From a virus, in IMG/VR virus record IMGVR_UViG_3300035701_000008, positions 49,587 through 113,586 of that record: a stretch of DNA of 64,000 nt; one strand, 5' to 3'. Below the pieces are notes generated by a model. It saw nothing but the letters and a program-made list of their open reading frames with translations, did not search any database and was not told where the DNA came from. Position numbers and translations under genes: made by a program. Position 1 is the first letter of the stretch, and each line of letters starts with the position of its first letter. This document shows, one piece after another, positions 19,119 to 27,237 of this stretch.

Positions 19119-19316
19119 TCATAATTTTTCTATTTCATTTTTAACTTCTTGCCAAAATGGTTTCATCACTTCGTAACAGTTTTCTGATATTTCTTTTACC
19201 GCTATTAAAGCAAATTCTTTAGATATTTCATAGCCTACATGCCATAAAAGACTATCTTCTATTGGAACTTCTCTAAATTTAAGTATAAGTTCCTCTGCTT
19301 TTTGTTTACTATTCAT
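19119..19316 (-). CDS. small hypothetical protein
   Basis: KQKAEELI.KF...ALIAV.EI...FWQEVK.EIEKL. Confidence 0.55.
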   Translation of the reverse strand: MNSKQKAEELILKFREVPIEDSLLWHVGYEISKEFALIAVKEISENCYEVMKPFWQEVKNEIEKL

Positions 19317-19319
19317 AAT

Positions 19320-19949
19320 CTATATATCTGTACCTCCTGTTGGTTTTTGTGGTGCTACATTCACTGTAGATCCATCATTAATTAATTCAATATAAGCTTC
19401 GAAAGCTCTTTGGTTTAGATAGGTGACACTGTTTTGCATGAATGTCATTCTATTACTATTGGTATCAACAGAACTTTCTTTCTTCTGCAAGAGTTCATAT
19501 TCAAGAGCAGATATGAGCTGTTGAGCTGTATATTCTCCTTCTAAAAGGATTTTATCAAACTTAAGTCTACATTCATCCTTACCCTTTCTAATAGCTCTGG
19601 TACCTTTAAATGTTTTACCCTTATACTCAAATCCATCAGTGCCTGGATAGTTCTTCCACCATTCTTCAAAATCTGTTGTGGCAGGCTTTCTCTTTATTAG
19701 TTTTCCTGTGCTTTTAGCATTCATGAATTCTAACAAATCTTTGCCTAATGTTGTGAGCTTTTCATCATTATTGGTTATCAATGCTTTTCTTATCAAAGAC
19801 TGATAGACAGAACTAATTCTCATACTTCCCTCACATAGTGGAGAAACATCATATTGTTCTTCTATCAGCTTTAATAAGAATATTACATCTAAATTATAAC
19901 CTCTCTTGATGAGCTCTTCGAACTGTTCTGGTGTTACTGTTAGCTTCAT
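19320..19949 (-). CDS. putative replication initiator or helicase loader
   Basis: FEEWWKNYP...MQNSVTYLNQRAFE resembles phage initiator C-termini; lies upstream of DnaB. Confidence 0.55.
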   Translation of the reverse strand: MKLTVTPEQFEELIKRGYNLDVIFLLKLIEEQYDVSPLCEGSMRISSVYQSLIRKALITNNDEKLTTLGKDLLEFMNAKSTGKLIKRKPATTDFEEWWKNYPGTDGFEYKGKTFKGTRAIRKGKDECRLKFDKILLEGEYTAQQLISALEYELLQKKESSVDTNSNRMTFMQNSVTYLNQRAFEAYIELINDGSTVNVAPQKPTGGTDI

Positions 19950-20106
19950 CTGTTGTTATTGGTTTTACTATTTTAATAATTGCAGGAAGTCTATTCTTAG
20001 CTTCTTGCTTCTCTTCCCATTCATGCCATGAGTTAACAATATCTCGTTCTCTTTCCATAGCATAAATATGATCGTTGGGATATTCCCAGTCTTCATACCA
20101 ATTCAT
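19894..20106 (-). CDS. hypothetical protein
   Basis: Coupled ORF. Confidence 0.45.
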   Translation of the reverse strand: MNWYEDWEYPNDHIYAMERERDIVNSWHEWEEKQEAKNRLPAIIKIVKPITTDEANSNTRTVRRAHQERL

Positions 20107-20348
20107 TATGAAACAGTTTTTCTAGGTCTTCCAACAGGTCTTTTCTCAATATTTGCATATTCAGAAAGAGTTAGTTTTTTCTTTCTTTTAGGTTTTTGTT
20201 TAGTAAAAGAAGTGTATGTCACCTTTCTAGCTTCATGTTTTGGTTTAACTTCTTCTTCCTCTTTATTTTCATGTGCACTCTTAGCTGCAACATACAGCAT
20301 TACAAGTGATATAATGAAAATAGATCCAATAGCGATGTATAAATTCAT
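20106..20348 (-). CDS. small membrane-anchored basic protein
   Basis: N-terminal TM helix, Lys-rich tail and AT-hook-like RPVGRPRK. Confidence 0.55.
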   Translation of the reverse strand: MNLYIAIGSIFIISLVMLYVAAKSAHENKEEEEVKPKHEARKVTYTSFTKQKPKRKKKLTLSEYANIEKRPVGRPRKTVS

Positions 20349-20353
20349 AATTT

Positions 20354-20611
20354 CTAAGATTTAATTCTTAAACCGAACTGTAAATCAAACCATCCAAATG
20401 TTTCTTCAGCTCTTGATTTGTTAAATTTAAATATTTTCTTTAATAGAGGCATAGCATATGCTTTAAATTCCTCATGTTGTTTTTGAGTCATGGTCCAATT
20501 GAAGTACCACATGTCATCATCTAGTGTGTCCACTAGTCTTTTACCTACCATATCAAGTTGATACTCGATGAGGTGTCTGGTAATGTTAGCTCTGTTCACT
20601 TTAGCTTTCAT
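20354..20611 (-). CDS. hypothetical protein
   Basis: WFDLQFGLR C-terminus. Confidence 0.6.
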   Translation of the reverse strand: MKAKVNRANITRHLIEYQLDMVGKRLVDTLDDDMWYFNWTMTQKQHEEFKAYAMPLLKKIFKFNKSRAEETFGWFDLQFGLRIKS

Positions 20612-22578
20612 TAGAATAAATTTAATTGATTAGGTATAAACACTGTTTTAATTCTTTTTCCTTCAGTCTGAATCTTCAAGACTAATCTATTAGCTTTCTC
20701 AATGTAATAATCATAATTTACATTATCAGTGCTACTGTTCTTAGGTAGAAAGTTACAAACTTTACACACCCATTCACCAGCTTCTATCTGACTGATTGCT
20801 GCAGCTCTGGTTTGACATTCTGGATTTTTGATTTTGAATATCTTGTCTCCTTCATTAGATACATAATACCGTATGAGTTTATCATACACTGTTTTCTTAC
20901 CAGTTGATCTATTAGTTCCTTCATAATGGAAACTTCTTGTAGCTTTTTGTCTTAAGCAAAAATCGTACAGATTAGTATGATTTCTGATAGTCTCATCAAC
21001 AGGTACACCATCAACAAAATAACGCTCAAGAGCAATAGGAACAATCCTCGCACTCTTGTTTTTATGTAACTCAAAATCTGTGAGGAAATCACCTTTCTTT
21101 TTAATTTCTCCATTGGTCATAATTGCTAAATAATCATTGACAGTACTAAATATAATCTTTGAGTAGTCTGTTCTCTCCAATTCATATTGTGTAATGTCAC
21201 ACCACCATGCATTGATTTCATGCATCAAGGGAATCATGTCTTTTTTAATCCTGATAGTTACACCATCTGTATTTGCAGAGATCACATGTATGCCATTCAA
21301 TTCATATCTTTCAATAAGCATCATTAAGCTAAGTTCACCTGTAATTGTAGTGAACATAGTTAATTGCCTATCATATATCCATGATTGCATATCAGATGAT
21401 TTACCATATACAGAGTTAACTGCAAGTTTAAGAGCACCAACAATTCCTTTAATCTTCTTATCTTTCTTTGCAAGAGGTTTAAGCTCCAATCTTTTCTCAA
21501 ACATCTGTTTGTATCCCCTAAGGAATTCTTTGCCTAAATGAGCAGGAAACTTACCATTATTGATGATGATGGCAGGATAGTAAGAACTGACATCCCAATC
21601 TATTATCTCGTACTCTTCATCAGCTTCAAACACCTTAGGTGTATTCTCTGTATGAAGACCACCTTTCATAAAAGAATACACATTTCCATAGAAATCTATA
21701 TGCTCTTTGAAATCATCTTGCAGACCAAGCTGCATTTTATTAATTTTCTTTAAGAACTCTTTAAGTTGAGGTGTTTGGAACATTACATATTTAGCAATGC
21801 AATTCTTTACATCAATGCTTTTTCTGAAATATCCTTTCTTAGGAAGTTCTCTGTATGTAATTCCTTTCTCTGAACAATAATACTTCTTAATCATTTCATC
21901 CCCTATCTTAGAGTCTGAATAGTTCATACAAGGGATACCAAATTCAGCTTCAATATCTTGTCTCAGCTCTATTTGATTATTCCCTTTATACAGTGGATGA
22001 TCTGTATCACCCATAGTTATCTTGTAGAATTCATAAGTTGCATCTACATCATTATAACAATAGTCAATGGTCATTTCCACTTCTTCTTTTGTCATATTAG
22101 TTTTGGTATGATGTATAGGCATTTCTTCTATATTCTCAAGATCCATTTCAAACTCTAGTCTCTTCAGACTCACCATTCGATTTTTATTGTTGTAATGATG
22201 AATAGTAAAAAGATCTAATTGCTTAAGAGATAATTCATGCTCTCTGTATTCAGGAAATACATCATAGTTAGCATCATGAATAACATCTGCAGCTTTCTGT
22301 GCTATTTTTGCACATATTTCTAAGTTAGTTAGTTCATGCCAATTGTCATGATTTCTAAAGATCCACTCAACAACTTGACTATCAAAGCGTAGATTATTAT
22401 ACCCCACCCAATAAGCATCAGAATTGTCTTCTGTATATCTAACAAAAGCATCAAGTTGATTCTTCCATTTAGACACTTGAAAGCTCTTACCAGCTTTACC
22501 AGGTACCATACATACAACTAAGAATAGTTCTTGCATGGTTTCTATGTCGTAACATATAATAGGCTCACATGTTTTCAT
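20611..22578 (-). CDS. family B DNA polymerase
   Basis: Exonuclease YDIE, GYNN..FD, YC.NDV; polymerase DWDVSSYYP, KLAVNSVYGK, ANTDG. Confidence 0.95.
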   Translation of the reverse strand: MKTCEPIICYDIETMQELFLVVCMVPGKAGKSFQVSKWKNQLDAFVRYTEDNSDAYWVGYNNLRFDSQVVEWIFRNHDNWHELTNLEICAKIAQKAADVIHDANYDVFPEYREHELSLKQLDLFTIHHYNNKNRMVSLKRLEFEMDLENIEEMPIHHTKTNMTKEEVEMTIDYCYNDVDATYEFYKITMGDTDHPLYKGNNQIELRQDIEAEFGIPCMNYSDSKIGDEMIKKYYCSEKGITYRELPKKGYFRKSIDVKNCIAKYVMFQTPQLKEFLKKINKMQLGLQDDFKEHIDFYGNVYSFMKGGLHTENTPKVFEADEEYEIIDWDVSSYYPAIIINNGKFPAHLGKEFLRGYKQMFEKRLELKPLAKKDKKIKGIVGALKLAVNSVYGKSSDMQSWIYDRQLTMFTTITGELSLMMLIERYELNGIHVISANTDGVTIRIKKDMIPLMHEINAWWCDITQYELERTDYSKIIFSTVNDYLAIMTNGEIKKKGDFLTDFELHKNKSARIVPIALERYFVDGVPVDETIRNHTNLYDFCLRQKATRSFHYEGTNRSTGKKTVYDKLIRYYVSNEGDKIFKIKNPECQTRAAAISQIEAGEWVCKVCNFLPKNSSTDNVNYDYYIEKANRLVLKIQTEGKRIKTVFIPNQLNLF

Positions 22579-22583
22579 AGTTT

Positions 22584-22916
22584 TTAAACTTTTTTAATAA
22601 ACTCAATAACTTTTTCACACATTTTAGATGCAGAATAATCTCTATGTTCTGTTATTTCTGAATAAAGAAAATCTAATATTCGATCTTGTTCTGATCTAAT
22701 TCCTTGATTGAGTACATCAATTGATGATGTTGAAAGTGCATTAAGAAGGATCTTTTCCATATGATTACTTTTTTTTTCTTCCCATTTAGCACCATCTATA
22801 AAATGTTCTTCACATTCTTTTAATACAATTTCCCAATCATCTCCTTCAAAGTCATCATATGGATAACTTTCAATTGCATATTCTTTAGCAACTTTTTCAA
22901 TTGTTTTTTGTCTCAT
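22584..22916 (-). CDS. small hypothetical protein
   Basis: TIEKVAKEY...FIDGAKW. Confidence 0.55.
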   Translation of the reverse strand: MRQKTIEKVAKEYAIESYPYDDFEGDDWEIVLKECEEHFIDGAKWEEKKSNHMEKILLNALSTSSIDVLNQGIRSEQDRILDFLYSEITEHRDYSASKMCEKVIEFIKKV

Positions 22917-23113
22917 TATTTATTTGTTTTTTTTTTATGTTCTTTCCAATCTAATATAAATCCTATTGCTACAATGATATTCATACCAAATGAGGCTATG
23001 ATTTCTGTTATGTCTTCATAGATGTTAATAGATAGGTGGATATGTCCTACAACCCAAAAGGGCATAGCAAGATTATTCGATATCCACCTAACTAAATAAT
23101 TTATAAACTTCAT
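22916..23113 (-). CDS. small membrane protein, probable start MKFI
   Basis: Two hydrophobic segments; TATCTTTG promoter at 23120-23127. Confidence 0.55.
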   Translation of the reverse strand: MKFINYLVRWISNNLAMPFWVVGHIHLSINIYEDITEIIASFGMNIIVAIGFILDWKEHKKKTNK

Positions 23114-23157
23114 AGTTTGCAAAGATAATTAAAAATATTATTCTTGCAATAACAAAA

Positions 23158-23625
23158 TTAGTTATTGTAATAATATCTTACATGGTCTGGATATATCACC
23201 ACTCTGCTTGGTGTTCCAGTGAATGATATAGATGATACAGGCACCTCAATACCTATTTCTGCAGGTTGTTGTGGTGCTTCATCCCATATTTTTGAGAATT
23301 CTTCCACTGTTAGTTCTTCTTTACCAACAATTTCTTCACATATATCTTTAAGAACAACTTCTTCTTTTTCATTAAGAGTCCATTCTAATGGAAGTTGTGA
23401 AGCCATAGTTGGTTTTAATCTTGGTTTATAAGTTCTTCTTTTTGGACCATTATAACCATTCTTAATCTTTCTTGTCATTTTAGAAATCTTCCAAATTTTT
23501 GCATAAATCCCTGCAATAGGTCTATTCCATTGTTTAGATAAATCATCTGCAATAATAGAAAGAGGAATTCCTTTTCTGATGTGTTGTTTAATCTCACTAA
23601 TTTCTTTTGTTGTGTACAGTTTCAT
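23158..23625 (-). CDS. putative HTH protein
   Basis: YTTKEI..IK....G.PLSIIADDL....NRP..GIY.K resembles a Myb/HTH pattern. Confidence 0.5.
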   Translation of the reverse strand: MKLYTTKEISEIKQHIRKGIPLSIIADDLSKQWNRPIAGIYAKIWKISKMTRKIKNGYNGPKRRTYKPRLKPTMASQLPLEWTLNEKEEVVLKDICEEIVGKEELTVEEFSKIWDEAPQQPAEIGIEVPVSSISFTGTPSRVVIYPDHVRYYYNN

Positions 23626-23650
23626 AATTTTAAAATTTAATTGTTTATAT

Positions 23651-24076
23651 TTATTCTTGTTCTAATTCATCATCAATAAGAGATAGCACTATTCTACCAT
23701 CATATGTAACTATTGTAAATTCATCATCATCATCGTCTTTTATTTCAATATCAACATAACCATCAAGTTCTCTTAATATGTAATTGATATCATCCAATGT
23801 GATGTCTCTAAGTTCATCTGATTCAGGTCCATCATCCCACCAAGCTATTTCATCATGTTCAGCAAGCACATCATCATCTTCATCAATGATTGCTAACCTC
23901 ACAGGAGCTCCATGTTTAGACATAAATGCATCAGAGTCTTCTGGTATCTCTTCAAGCTCAAAGAGCTCTATATAAGGCTCTATTACACCAACAGATATTC
24001 TGTTAATAAAAAGCATACCTTCCTCTAATTCAAGAGGAAGATAGCTTGTAAATGATATTTCAGCTGGATACCACAT
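23651..24076 (-). CDS. acidic hypothetical protein
   Basis: Very Asp/Glu-rich. Confidence 0.55.
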   Translation of the reverse strand: MWYPAEISFTSYLPLELEEGMLFINRISVGVIEPYIELFELEEIPEDSDAFMSKHGAPVRLAIIDEDDDVLAEHDEIAWWDDGPESDELRDITLDDINYILRELDGYVDIEIKDDDDDEFTIVTYDGRIVLSLIDDELEQE

Positions 24077-24432
24077 TAGAATAGTTTTCTAGGTGCTGGT
24101 TCACATATTTGGTATGTAGAGTTAGAGCTAGATAGTCTTAATAGAATATGAAGATGTTCAGCTTCTAGATAGTCTAGTTTAGTTTTTTCTATTAAACCAA
24201 TAATTTCTATACCATTACCTGTGTCCACTAATTGCATAGCAATAGCTTTCTTCATTTTATCATCCCATCCATCATCATCACTAAAATATAATGTATGAAC
24301 TGTTGCATTTGGTGCAGCACTGAGTTTGTGATAATCATATTCATGAACATTATTAATGTAGATTTCTTCTCTGTATAACACCTCACTTGTGTTATCAATC
24401 ATTTCTTGTATTGATTTTGCTAGTTTTCCCAT
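24076..24432 (-). CDS. hypothetical protein
   Basis: DTGNG motif. Confidence 0.55.
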   Translation of the reverse strand: MGKLAKSIQEMIDNTSEVLYREEIYINNVHEYDYHKLSAAPNATVHTLYFSDDDGWDDKMKKAIAMQLVDTGNGIEIIGLIEKTKLDYLEAEHLHILLRLSSSNSTYQICEPAPRKLF

Positions 24433-24548
24433 ATTAGTTATTGTTTACAGGTTTAGGTGTACATACATGACCATCACTCCATTTGATTCCTGGAGGTGGT
24501 GTTGTTTCTGGTGAGCTGTATTTACAACCACACTCACTACATATAAAT

Positions 24549-24857
24549 TTATTCATCAGATGATTTGTTTACAAGGTTTAACGCTTTTTGATGTCCTTCT
24601 ACAGCATCTTCATAAGATGTGTATCTATCCATATATTGATCATGTTCTCCACCAAATATCATAGTTTCCCATAATAGAGGAATATTATTATCTCTTGGCC
24701 AAGCATGATCTAATCCAAGAAACACTGTTGATATAAATACATCACCAACATTATCTTGTTTAACCACTCTTTTTTCTTGATTCTCTTCTAACCAATCACC
24801 ACAATCAACAACAGGTGATTGTACAGGTTTGTTGTTCTCGTCTAATATATACCACAT
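24549..24857 (-). CDS. conserved phage protein
   Basis: ISTVFLGLDH...LWETMIFGG...RY.S...A..GH. Confidence 0.7.
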   Translation of the reverse strand: MWYILDENNKPVQSPVVDCGDWLEENQEKRVVKQDNVGDVFISTVFLGLDHAWPRDNNIPLLWETMIFGGEHDQYMDRYTSYEDAVEGHQKALNLVNKSSDE

Positions 24858-24859
24858 AA

Positions 24860-25165
24860 TTATTGAAATAAACTTGCAGGTGCTCCTACGTTATACATTA
24901 ACATTAAATAAAATCTTATACAATGGACATTTATATCATCAGCTCTGCTGTATGATTCACTTAAATTGTTATCCACTATAGCTTGAGCAAAATGCCCACC
25001 TGGACAACCTACATCCCATTTAGTGCATAATACACTAGTTCCAATATCAATAATGTGTTCTTTTTCAAGCAACATTAATGCTTGTGGAATATACTTATTT
25101 GCATTTTTGTTGAAATAGTCAGAAACCAATGTTCTGACTATTTTTTGTTGTTCTTCTGGATTCAT
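24860..25165 (-). CDS. hypothetical protein
   Basis: PGGHF.QAI.DNNL....RAD..N. Confidence 0.6.
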   Translation of the reverse strand: MNPEEQQKIVRTLVSDYFNKNANKYIPQALMLLEKEHIIDIGTSVLCTKWDVGCPGGHFAQAIVDNNLSESYSRADDINVHCIRFYLMLMYNVGAPASLFQ

Positions 25166-25196
25166 ATTTGTTTTGTTAAATTTTTATATTTTATGA

Positions 25197-25430
25197 TTAA
25201 TAGCCTGCAAGTTTAGATATTGCACCTTCTTGATTCAATAAGAATACAAGATTACTTTCTTCTTTTGGTGTGAGAGACTTAATAGCAGACATAAGTGATA
25301 TTCTACTATATGTAACATCTTCTCCATACACATTTGTAACATTATCTGCTATTTCTAGCAGCTCTGATACATTAAAATTGTTTACAGGATCACCATTGTT
25401 GTCCTGCCATTTTCCGTTGATAATTTGCAT
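25197..25430 (-). CDS. hypothetical protein, probable start MQII at 25430
   Basis: The longer track start would overlap the lipoprotein gene. Confidence 0.5.
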   Translation of the reverse strand: MQIINGKWQDNNGDPVNNFNVSELLEIADNVTNVYGEDVTYSRISLMSAIKSLTPKEESNLVFLLNQEGAISKLAGY

Positions 25431-25444
25431 GTTTTCTTTATTTT

Positions 25445-25558
25445 TTAGTCTATACTTGAATAATATTTCCTTCTGTATTGTGAACTCTTGCACGTTGTGC
25501 AACTGCTCACTAAAATTGATAATATTAATATTACCAATAGAGTTTTGTTTTTCTTCAT
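25445..25558 (-). CDS. small lipoprotein, 37 aa, not in ORF track
   Basis: MKKNKTLLVILILSILVSS-CTTCKSSQYRRKYYSSID: basic n-region, hydrophobic h-region and lipobox. Confidence 0.65.
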   Translation of the reverse strand: MKKNKTLLVILILSILVSSCTTCKSSQYRRKYYSSID

Positions 25559-25559
25559 T

Positions 25560-25832
25560 TTATTTGTTTTTAAATAGTTGTAAAGTTTCTTTTAATAAAT
25601 CTAATTGTTCAATATTAGTATTACCAAATTTATATTGCTGAATAATAGTTTGTGTAAAGTTCAATACTTCTTCCTCACTATAACCTTGTTGTTCCTTTTC
25701 TAATTCTTTGACTTGTTCAAGAATATTATTTCTTTTAACCCAATAGTTTGCTCTATTAATTAACATAGAATCAAATTCTATGTCTAAATTAAGTAATTGT
25801 TCTGATAACCATTCTACTGCTGTTTGTTTCAT
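25560..25832 (-). CDS. small hypothetical protein (MKQTAVEWL / YSEEEV type)
   Basis: Start follows the TAAAATG junction; shares a C-terminal module with 25834..26127. Confidence 0.6.
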   Translation of the reverse strand: MKQTAVEWLSEQLLNLDIEFDSMLINRANYWVKRNNILEQVKELEKEQQGYSEEEVLNFTQTIIQQYKFGNTNIEQLDLLKETLQLFKNK

Positions 25833-25833
25833 T

Positions 25834-26127
25834 TTATTTGTTTTTAAATTGTTCAAACCATTTTTTAGCTTGTGTTACACTTCCATCACAATCAGCTATT
25901 ATATTTAACACTTCTTCCTCACTATAACTTCTTTCTTGTTGAGCTAACCAATAACCATCAATAAAACATTTTTTATACATCCATTTATTTTCAGAGTATG
26001 GTGCTATGTTTTCTTGAATATAATTTTCAGCAACTTCTTCAAGAGTTGTTTCTTGTTTAGATACTAAAGCAGTACTACCTCTTGTAACAGGGTTGTTTTG
26101 GTCTATTTGTTTAATTGTTTCTTTCAT
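25834..26127 (-). CDS. small hypothetical protein (ETLEE / YSEEEV type)
   Basis: ETTLEEVAE...FIDG.W..QQERSYSEEEV...WFEQFK. Confidence 0.6.
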   Translation of the reverse strand: MKETIKQIDQNNPVTRGSTALVSKQETTLEEVAENYIQENIAPYSENKWMYKKCFIDGYWLAQQERSYSEEEVLNIIADCDGSVTQAKKWFEQFKNK

Positions 26128-26206
26128 ATTATAATGTGATTTTATAGTTAAATTGTCAGGATAAACCTGATATATAGTATATAAATGATACTATAATGTG
26201 ATTTAT

Positions 26207-26237
26207 AAAAGAATAAGGGCTCCACAACAGAGCCCTT
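26207..26237 (-). terminator. intrinsic terminator
   Basis: AAGGGCTC-TGTTGTG-GAGCCCTT followed by ATTCTTTT. Confidence 0.75.
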
Positions 26238-26249
26238 CAATTCCCCTCC

Positions 26250-26396
26250 TTAATAACCCAACTGTTGTAGTTGGTCTATATTGGCTTCTACAATATACAC
26301 ACTTTGTGCTATTGTACATGTAAATGCAATTGACATTGCAAATGCTAATTTTCTGAAATGCCAGAAATCTACTGGACTTAAACTGATTGTTTTCAT
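26250..26396 (-). CDS. 48-aa small protein, not in ORF track
   Basis: MKTISLSPVDFWHFRKLAFAMSIAFTCTIAQSVYIVEANIDQLQQLGY; A-rich leader, lies between two terminators. Confidence 0.6.
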   Translation of the reverse strand: MKTISLSPVDFWHFRKLAFAMSIAFTCTIAQSVYIVEANIDQLQQLGY

Positions 26397-26426
26397 TGTT
26401 ATTTAGTTATTAAGGAATTACAAAAT

Positions 26427-26455
26427 AAAAAAGCCTCTAGGCAAGTAGAGGCTTT
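26427..26455 (-). terminator. intrinsic terminator closing the tmRNA/ncRNA unit
   Basis: AAAGCCTCTA-CTTGCC-TAGAGGCTTT followed by TTT. Confidence 0.85.
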
Positions 26456-26680
26456 AGTCGAGAGTTTATTCATTGCAACTCACAAGTGTTCCCTATCCAC
26501 AGAGACCATAGATTACAAGTTTAATGTGGATGTAATACCACGATTATTGAGATTGGCACTAGTAAAACCCAAACCATAAAGTACTCAACTCCTTCTCTGC
26601 GTGGAAAGGACTTAACATTCATGAGAAGCCAAATTTCTCTAATGTCTGTTGCTGTACATATTTGACATCAAGCAACTGCT
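26456..26680 (-). ncRNA. unidentified structured RNA downstream of tmRNA
   Basis: No long ORF; several stems and two possible pseudoknots (see findings). Confidence 0.5.
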
Positions 26681-26681
26681 G

Positions 26682-27003
26682 TGGAGGTGGGGAGAGTCGA
26701 ACTCCCGTCCAAACTACTTTCATTAATACAATTTATACAGCTTATGGGGTCAAGCTCAGCTCAACGATTCCACCACTCTGTTTAATCTTACTACAGAGAA
26801 GAATAATTAATTTAGGCTGCTACAGCAACTTCTTCTCTAATTAAAGAGAATACTCTGTTCATGTTAGCTACTACTTGTGCGTTATCTCCTAGAGACACTA
26901 CACGACTTGTGTTTTTGCCATTTAATCTATTCACCTTAGTTTACAGTTATCTCTCTGGCTGATTGTACTAACTATTGGTAACCTGTCAAATCCAGTCACC
27001 CCC
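26682..27003 (-). ncRNA. ssrA: tmRNA
   Basis: 5' GGGGGTGACTGGATTTGAC and 3' GGACGGGAGTTCGACTCTCCCCACCTCCA; acceptor stem with G3:U; helix 2 GTTAGTACAAT/ATTGTATTAAT and CAGC/GCTG; tag ORF 26919-26812 ends VAVAA-TAA. Confidence 0.95.
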
Positions 27004-27009
27004 ATTATG

Positions 27010-27156
27010 TTTTGTATCACTCTAGTGAGTTTAAAACTGACTACACTGATATGAAACATAATATGCATAATATAGGTAAGTTCAATGATACGCAGCACAT
27101 ACATTGACTATTTAAACTGATGTGTGGCGCTTATAGTCCCCAGTGATTATACAAAA
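27010..27156 (-). ncRNA. unidentified pseudoknot-containing RNA upstream of tmRNA
   Basis: Closing helix TTTTGTA..TCACT/AGTGATACAAAA, inner helix AGTTTAAA/TTTAAACT, and an H-type pseudoknot. Confidence 0.55.
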
Positions 27157-27229
27157 TTATAACCAAGTCACTTACTGTCCTTCAAGAGAGTATCCTAATA
27201 ATACTCCAAGTTATAATTTAATATCTCTG

Positions 27230-27237
27230 CAAATATA
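27230..27237 (-). promoter_or_regulatory. Bacteroidota sigma promoter (TATATTTG) for the ncRNA cluster
   Basis: Exact TAnnTTTG, with TTTG about 20 nt upstream. Confidence 0.75.

Noticed and set aside
26590-26612. HDV-like/theta ribozyme suggested by TCCACGC downstream of tmRNA
   Set aside because: I could not build P1 and a clean P3, and the motif is not adjacent to the tmRNA 3' end.
26662-26844. 60-aa plus-strand ORF
   Set aside because: It is the antisense reading of the tmRNA 3' end (GGGESRTPV).
26456-27218. RNase P RNA or a telomerase-like template RNA in the tmRNA flanks
   Set aside because: No GAGGAAAGTCC P4 signature. The enclosed pseudoknot resemblance is only topological, and no RT is present.
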